In this document: positions 7,820 through 10,884 of the stretch, in pieces
How positions within the stretch are numbered: the first letter of the stretch is position 1
How the letters are laid out: each line of letters opens with the position of its first letter
Source: Promethearchaeota archaeon
GTDB taxonomy: Archaea > Asgardarchaeota > Lokiarchaeia > Sigyniarchaeales > SOKP01
Length of the DNA: 10,884 bases
Direction: 5' to 3'
Assembly (NCBI GenBank): GCA_048938895.1
Contig: JBHLLU010000097.1
Span: 1 to 10,884, forward strand
The notes under the pieces: model-generated
Seen by the model: the letters and a program-made list of their open reading frames with translations, nothing else
What the model was told of the DNA's origin: nothing
The model's database searches: none
Translations under genes and position numbers: made by a program

Positions 7820-8104
7820 ATGTATTATAGGGGATACATTTTAATAAGATTGAGAGAAATTGGAACTGAATGGGAGGTTGTTAAAAAATTAACAGGCTTA
7901 CATTCCACAGAACCGGGTGATGATTGGAAGATAACATATGTTACTCCAGTCTATGGCGGATGGGATATTATCATTGAATGTTCTTTTTCTAAACTTAAAG
8001 ATTTAGACAAAATAGTTGCTTTTTGCAGAGTTGATAAAGATTTATCATTATGGATTGAAGAAACAACTACTTTAATGGGATCAAAAAGAGATTTTCCTGA
8101 TTAG
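7820..8104 (+). CDS. Stand-alone Lrp/AsnC ligand-binding (RAM) domain protein, no HTH
   Basis: GYILIRL...EVVKKL...VYGGWDIIIEC...DLDKIV...IEETTTLM matches the AsnC C-terminal domain pattern (V.G.[YW]D, T.T). It is only 94 aa long. Confidence 0.75.
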   Translation: MYYRGYILIRLREIGTEWEVVKKLTGLHSTEPGDDWKITYVTPVYGGWDIIIECSFSKLKDLDKIVAFCRVDKDLSLWIEETTTLMGSKRDFPD

Positions 8105-8110
8105 CTATAT

Positions 8111-8737
8111 TTGAATTATATAATGGTTGTTTTCATGAGAAAATTCACGATAATTATCGTATTTACTTCAATTTTAATAATTCCACCGTTTTTTGATGTT
8201 TACCCTGACTTTCTAGCTGTCAAAAGCATAAAATTACAGGAGATTTTATTTATAATCTTAGGTTGTCTTTTACTATTTTTAATTGGTTTGTTTATCAACT
8301 TTTTTGGTTTCAATCAAGCAGATATAGAAAACATGAGAAATCATACTGTTATCGAAGCATTAATCAATAAGAATAACGTAATTTTGTGGATTTTCTTTCC
8401 AGTTACTATGTTGATGGAGGAACTACTTTTTAGATATTATATATTAAGTTTCCTATCTTCGACATTAGAATTCACCATATTATTAAGCGTTCTAATATCA
8501 AGTATAGCATTCTCTCTTTATCATATTCATACATGGTTTACTTTTAAAAGCCAAAAAATATTATTTGTTAATCTTAGCTATACTTTTATTTTGGGATTAA
8601 TTCTCGGGTATGTATTCTTTATGTCAGGGATAATTCCTTGTATCTTAATCCATTATTTAGTTGCATTCAATCTTTATTATATTATCTATAAGAAAAATTT
8701 TAAACAGGTTGATAAGAATAAAATTGAGTTTCTATAA
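8111..8737 (+). CDS. CPBP-family (Abi/Rce1-like, type II CAAX) intramembrane glutamic endopeptidase
   Basis: EELLFR, FSLYH and IHYLVAFN motifs plus several hydrophobic segments. The annotated start is TTG; the ATG at 8123 or 8135 may be the real start. Confidence 0.88.
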   Translation: MNYIMVVFMRKFTIIIVFTSILIIPPFFDVYPDFLAVKSIKLQEILFIILGCLLLFLIGLFINFFGFNQADIENMRNHTVIEALINKNNVILWIFFPVTMLMEELLFRYYILSFLSSTLEFTILLSVLISSIAFSLYHIHTWFTFKSQKILFVNLSYTFILGLILGYVFFMSGIIPCILIHYLVAFNLYYIIYKKNFKQVDKNKIEFL

Positions 8738-8873
8738 ATAATCTTGGTTTACCATTAAAACACAATAATATACGAATAAATGAACTTTAAATCAAAGTGT
8801 AAAACAAAAGTATAAATAATAAGTATGCAAATCTACCAATATTCCATATGTAAAGAAATGGACAAAAACCAAA

Positions 8874-10884
8874 ATGACTTATTCAAGGAATAAAAAGAGA
8901 ATAAATATAATAGCTGGTTTGAGTTTTATTATAGTATTCATCCTACCAGTAAATAAAATTCTTATCAATAATTCAATTATAGCAAATAACAATGTTGATG
9001 GTACGTTACCTTATCAGAATATCAATTTGAGCAATGTGAAATTCGAAGATGAAAAAATATTTGAATGGGAGCAAAACTTAATCTATGCTGATAAGAATAA
9101 AAATTTTTTAGATGACAATTTAGAAAAAAGGTTACAAGAAGTAATTAAACTTGAAAAACATCCAATACCAAATAAATCAAATGAACAAACACAGATTACT
9201 GATATCACGAATCAAAAATATCAAAAACCTACAAAACTCTCTTTAGCTAATATTCCTTTAATTGTGAGCTTCCCTGAGGGTGATTATACACAAGTATCAT
9301 ATTATTTTGAGGCTCTAGGAGGAAAACTAAAATCGACTTATAAAGCAGCTTTAAATGGGTTTGCAGGAGAAATAGATCAGACTTCCTTAAATAGATTCTA
9401 CAATACTTTGAATCAATATAGAATACCTTATTTTATAGAAGAAGACAGAATTTACAAAGCCGAATTATATTATGCAGGCAGAAACATGAATCTTAGACCT
9501 TATGTCTGGAATAATCTCTCGTATAAGGGGGATGAATACAGTTCGATAGCTATTCTTGATACGGGAATAGATGATTCTCATAATTTTTTCAGTCCAGGTT
9601 ACTCTTCAGGAGACTATAATTACAAAATGATAGGATGGAGAGATGAGGTAAACGGGTTAAGCTTACCTTATGATGATAACGGACATGGATCACATTGTGC
9701 AGGAATTGCTGCAGGAAATGGCAACACGACCTACGATTCAAGCGGAAGAACTGTTGCTACCGCTGCTTATAATCTCAACTATACAGGATATGACTTTCCC
9801 TCCGATGTCTATATAATTAATTGGTCAAGATTTAATGTAACCAATCCTGGATTAATCGAACTCTTTTGTGAGTTTGAGGATCTAACTCCACCAACTGATG
9901 ATGTTGATTTTTGGGTTTATTTATATTATGAAAATACCCTAGTAGATTCCTATGAAGTGAATTCTGACTCTTGGTCGAGTACACTATCTTATTCTGCCAG
10001 CTCTGGTTCTCTAGGTATGTATTCCTTTAGGTTTATCATGAATCTTATAGATAATACCGGAGATGGATATGTGAGCGATTTTGATATAAAATTTCGTAGT
10101 GAAATTCATTGGCCATTTGATCCTCCTCTTTTTAATAGTGGAGATCCTTGGAAAGGAATCGCAAATGATGCTCATATAGTCGGAGTAAAAGTACTTGACC
10201 AGTACGGGAGTGGTTATAGTTCTGACATAATTAACGGAATAGATTGGGTAATAAGTAATAAATTGGTATACAACATTACAACAATGTCTCTGAGTATTGG
10301 AGGTTCCTCTGGAGATGTTGGACTGATAAATGCGGTAAATACCGCTGTTGATAATGGTATTGTAACAGTTGTTTCAGCGGGAAATTCTGGTCCAGGTTTT
10401 AATAATATAGGATCTCCTGGGGATGCCGATAATGTGATAACTGTGGCAGCAATGAATATTGACGATGAAGTTACGGATTATAGTAGTGAAGGTGGTTCAT
10501 CATACACAGGCAACACAATTAAACCAGATATTACTGCCCCAGGAGGAAGTTTTAATAACTTACAAATGTTTTCTGCAGATACCAATGATAATGATGCAGA
10601 AGGTGCATATATTGATTCATTTCTAAATGATCTACAGGGGGCTCAGGGGACGTCAATGTCTGCACCTGCAGTAGCCGGAGCTTCAAACTTGTTAATTGAA
10701 GCAATGGGCGGTCATCTAAGTTGGGGTTATACTAGTACTGAGGCAAAAAGAGTAAAAGCCTTATTATTGATGTCTGCAACAGAAACTTATCCGTTAACAC
10801 GAGAAATTTATGGTAGTTTAGACTCTCCTGAATTAAATCGTGGAGGAAAAGATGTCCATGAAGGGTATGGAAGATTAAATATTG
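8874..10884 (+). CDS. Secreted S8 subtilisin-like serine protease, 3'-partial and absent from the ORF track
   Basis: Manual translation from the ATG at 8874 gives MTYSRNKKRINIIAGLSFIIVFILPV, a signal peptide or anchor. An I9-like propeptide spans about 9252-9467. Catalytic Asp is in IAILDTGID (9558), His in DNGHGSHCAG (9684), the oxyanion Asn in SAGN (10383) and Ser in GTSMSAPAVAG (10653). GYGRLN lies at the window edge, and no stop was seen in about 670 codons. Confidence 0.95.
   Translation, partial: MTYSRNKKRINIIAGLSFIIVFILPVNKILINNSIIANNNVDGTLPYQNINLSNVKFEDEKIFEWEQNLIYADKNKNFLDDNLEKRLQEVIKLEKHPIPNKSNEQTQITDITNQKYQKPTKLSLANIPLIVSFPEGDYTQVSYYFEALGGKLKSTYKAALNGFAGEIDQTSLNRFYNTLNQYRIPYFIEEDRIYKAELYYAGRNMNLRPYVWNNLSYKGDEYSSIAILDTGIDDSHNFFSPGYSSGDYNYKMIGWRDEVNGLSLPYDDNGHGSHCAGIAAGNGNTTYDSSGRTVATAAYNLNYTGYDFPSDVYIINWSRFNVTNPGLIELFCEFEDLTPPTDDVDFWVYLYYENTLVDSYEVNSDSWSSTLSYSASSGSLGMYSFRFIMNLIDNTGDGYVSDFDIKFRSEIHWPFDPPLFNSGDPWKGIANDAHIVGVKVLDQYGSGYSSDIINGIDWVISNKLVYNITTMSLSIGGSSGDVGLINAVNTAVDNGIVTVVSAGNSGPGFNNIGSPGDADNVITVAAMNIDDEVTDYSSEGGSSYTGNTIKPDITAPGGSFNNLQMFSADTNDNDAEGAYIDSFLNDLQGAQGTSMSAPAVAGASNLLIEAMGGHLSWGYTSTEAKRVKALLLMSATETYPLTREIYGSLDSPELNRGGKDVHEGYGRLNI

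Noticed and set aside
8111-8737. Idea that the Rce1-like protease matures the neighbouring small GTPases as in eukaryotes
   Set aside because: None of the GTPases ends in a CAAX motif (their ends are FITT, LTSS and KDLN), and CPBP proteins are widespread in prokaryotes.
8825-8893. 22-codon ORF (MQIYQYSICKEMDKNQNDLFKE) overlapping the S8 start in another frame
   Set aside because: Short, with no recognisable motif and no evidence of translation; expected by chance.
1-10884. CRISPR arrays, tRNA/rRNA genes, transposases or defence genes
   Set aside because: The window is almost fully coding, and no regularly spaced repeats, GC-rich structured RNA or matching protein motifs were seen.

Overview
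AT-rich window whose gene content (a Rag-like GTPase, longin-fused Arf-like GTPases, a stand-alone Lrp ligand-binding domain) points to an Asgard archaeon, probably Lokiarchaeia; this assignment is inferred. Left to right it holds: (1) a 5'-truncated protein with a putative longin/uDENN-like N-terminus followed by PAS-GAF-PAS and no kinase output; (2) convergent with it, two tandem paralogous longin-Arf-like GTPases and a Rag/Gtr-like GTPase with a putative roadblock C-terminus; (3) a GlcD-like FAD oxidoreductase and a GlcF/HdrD-like Fe-S oxidoreductase; (4) a stand-alone Lrp/AsnC ligand-binding protein; (5) a CPBP intramembrane protease; and (6) a secreted S8 subtilase that the ORF track missed, which runs off the right edge. 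The most interesting signal is an 'FF...ARG' motif in the sensor protein. It resembles the arginine-finger loop of the eukaryotic longin GAPs FLCN and SMCR8 and lies next to both Rag-like and Arf-like GTPases. This suggests, as an untested hypothesis, a PAS/GAF-regulated GAP plus small-GTPase signalling module. No RNA genes, CRISPR arrays or mobile elements were recognised.
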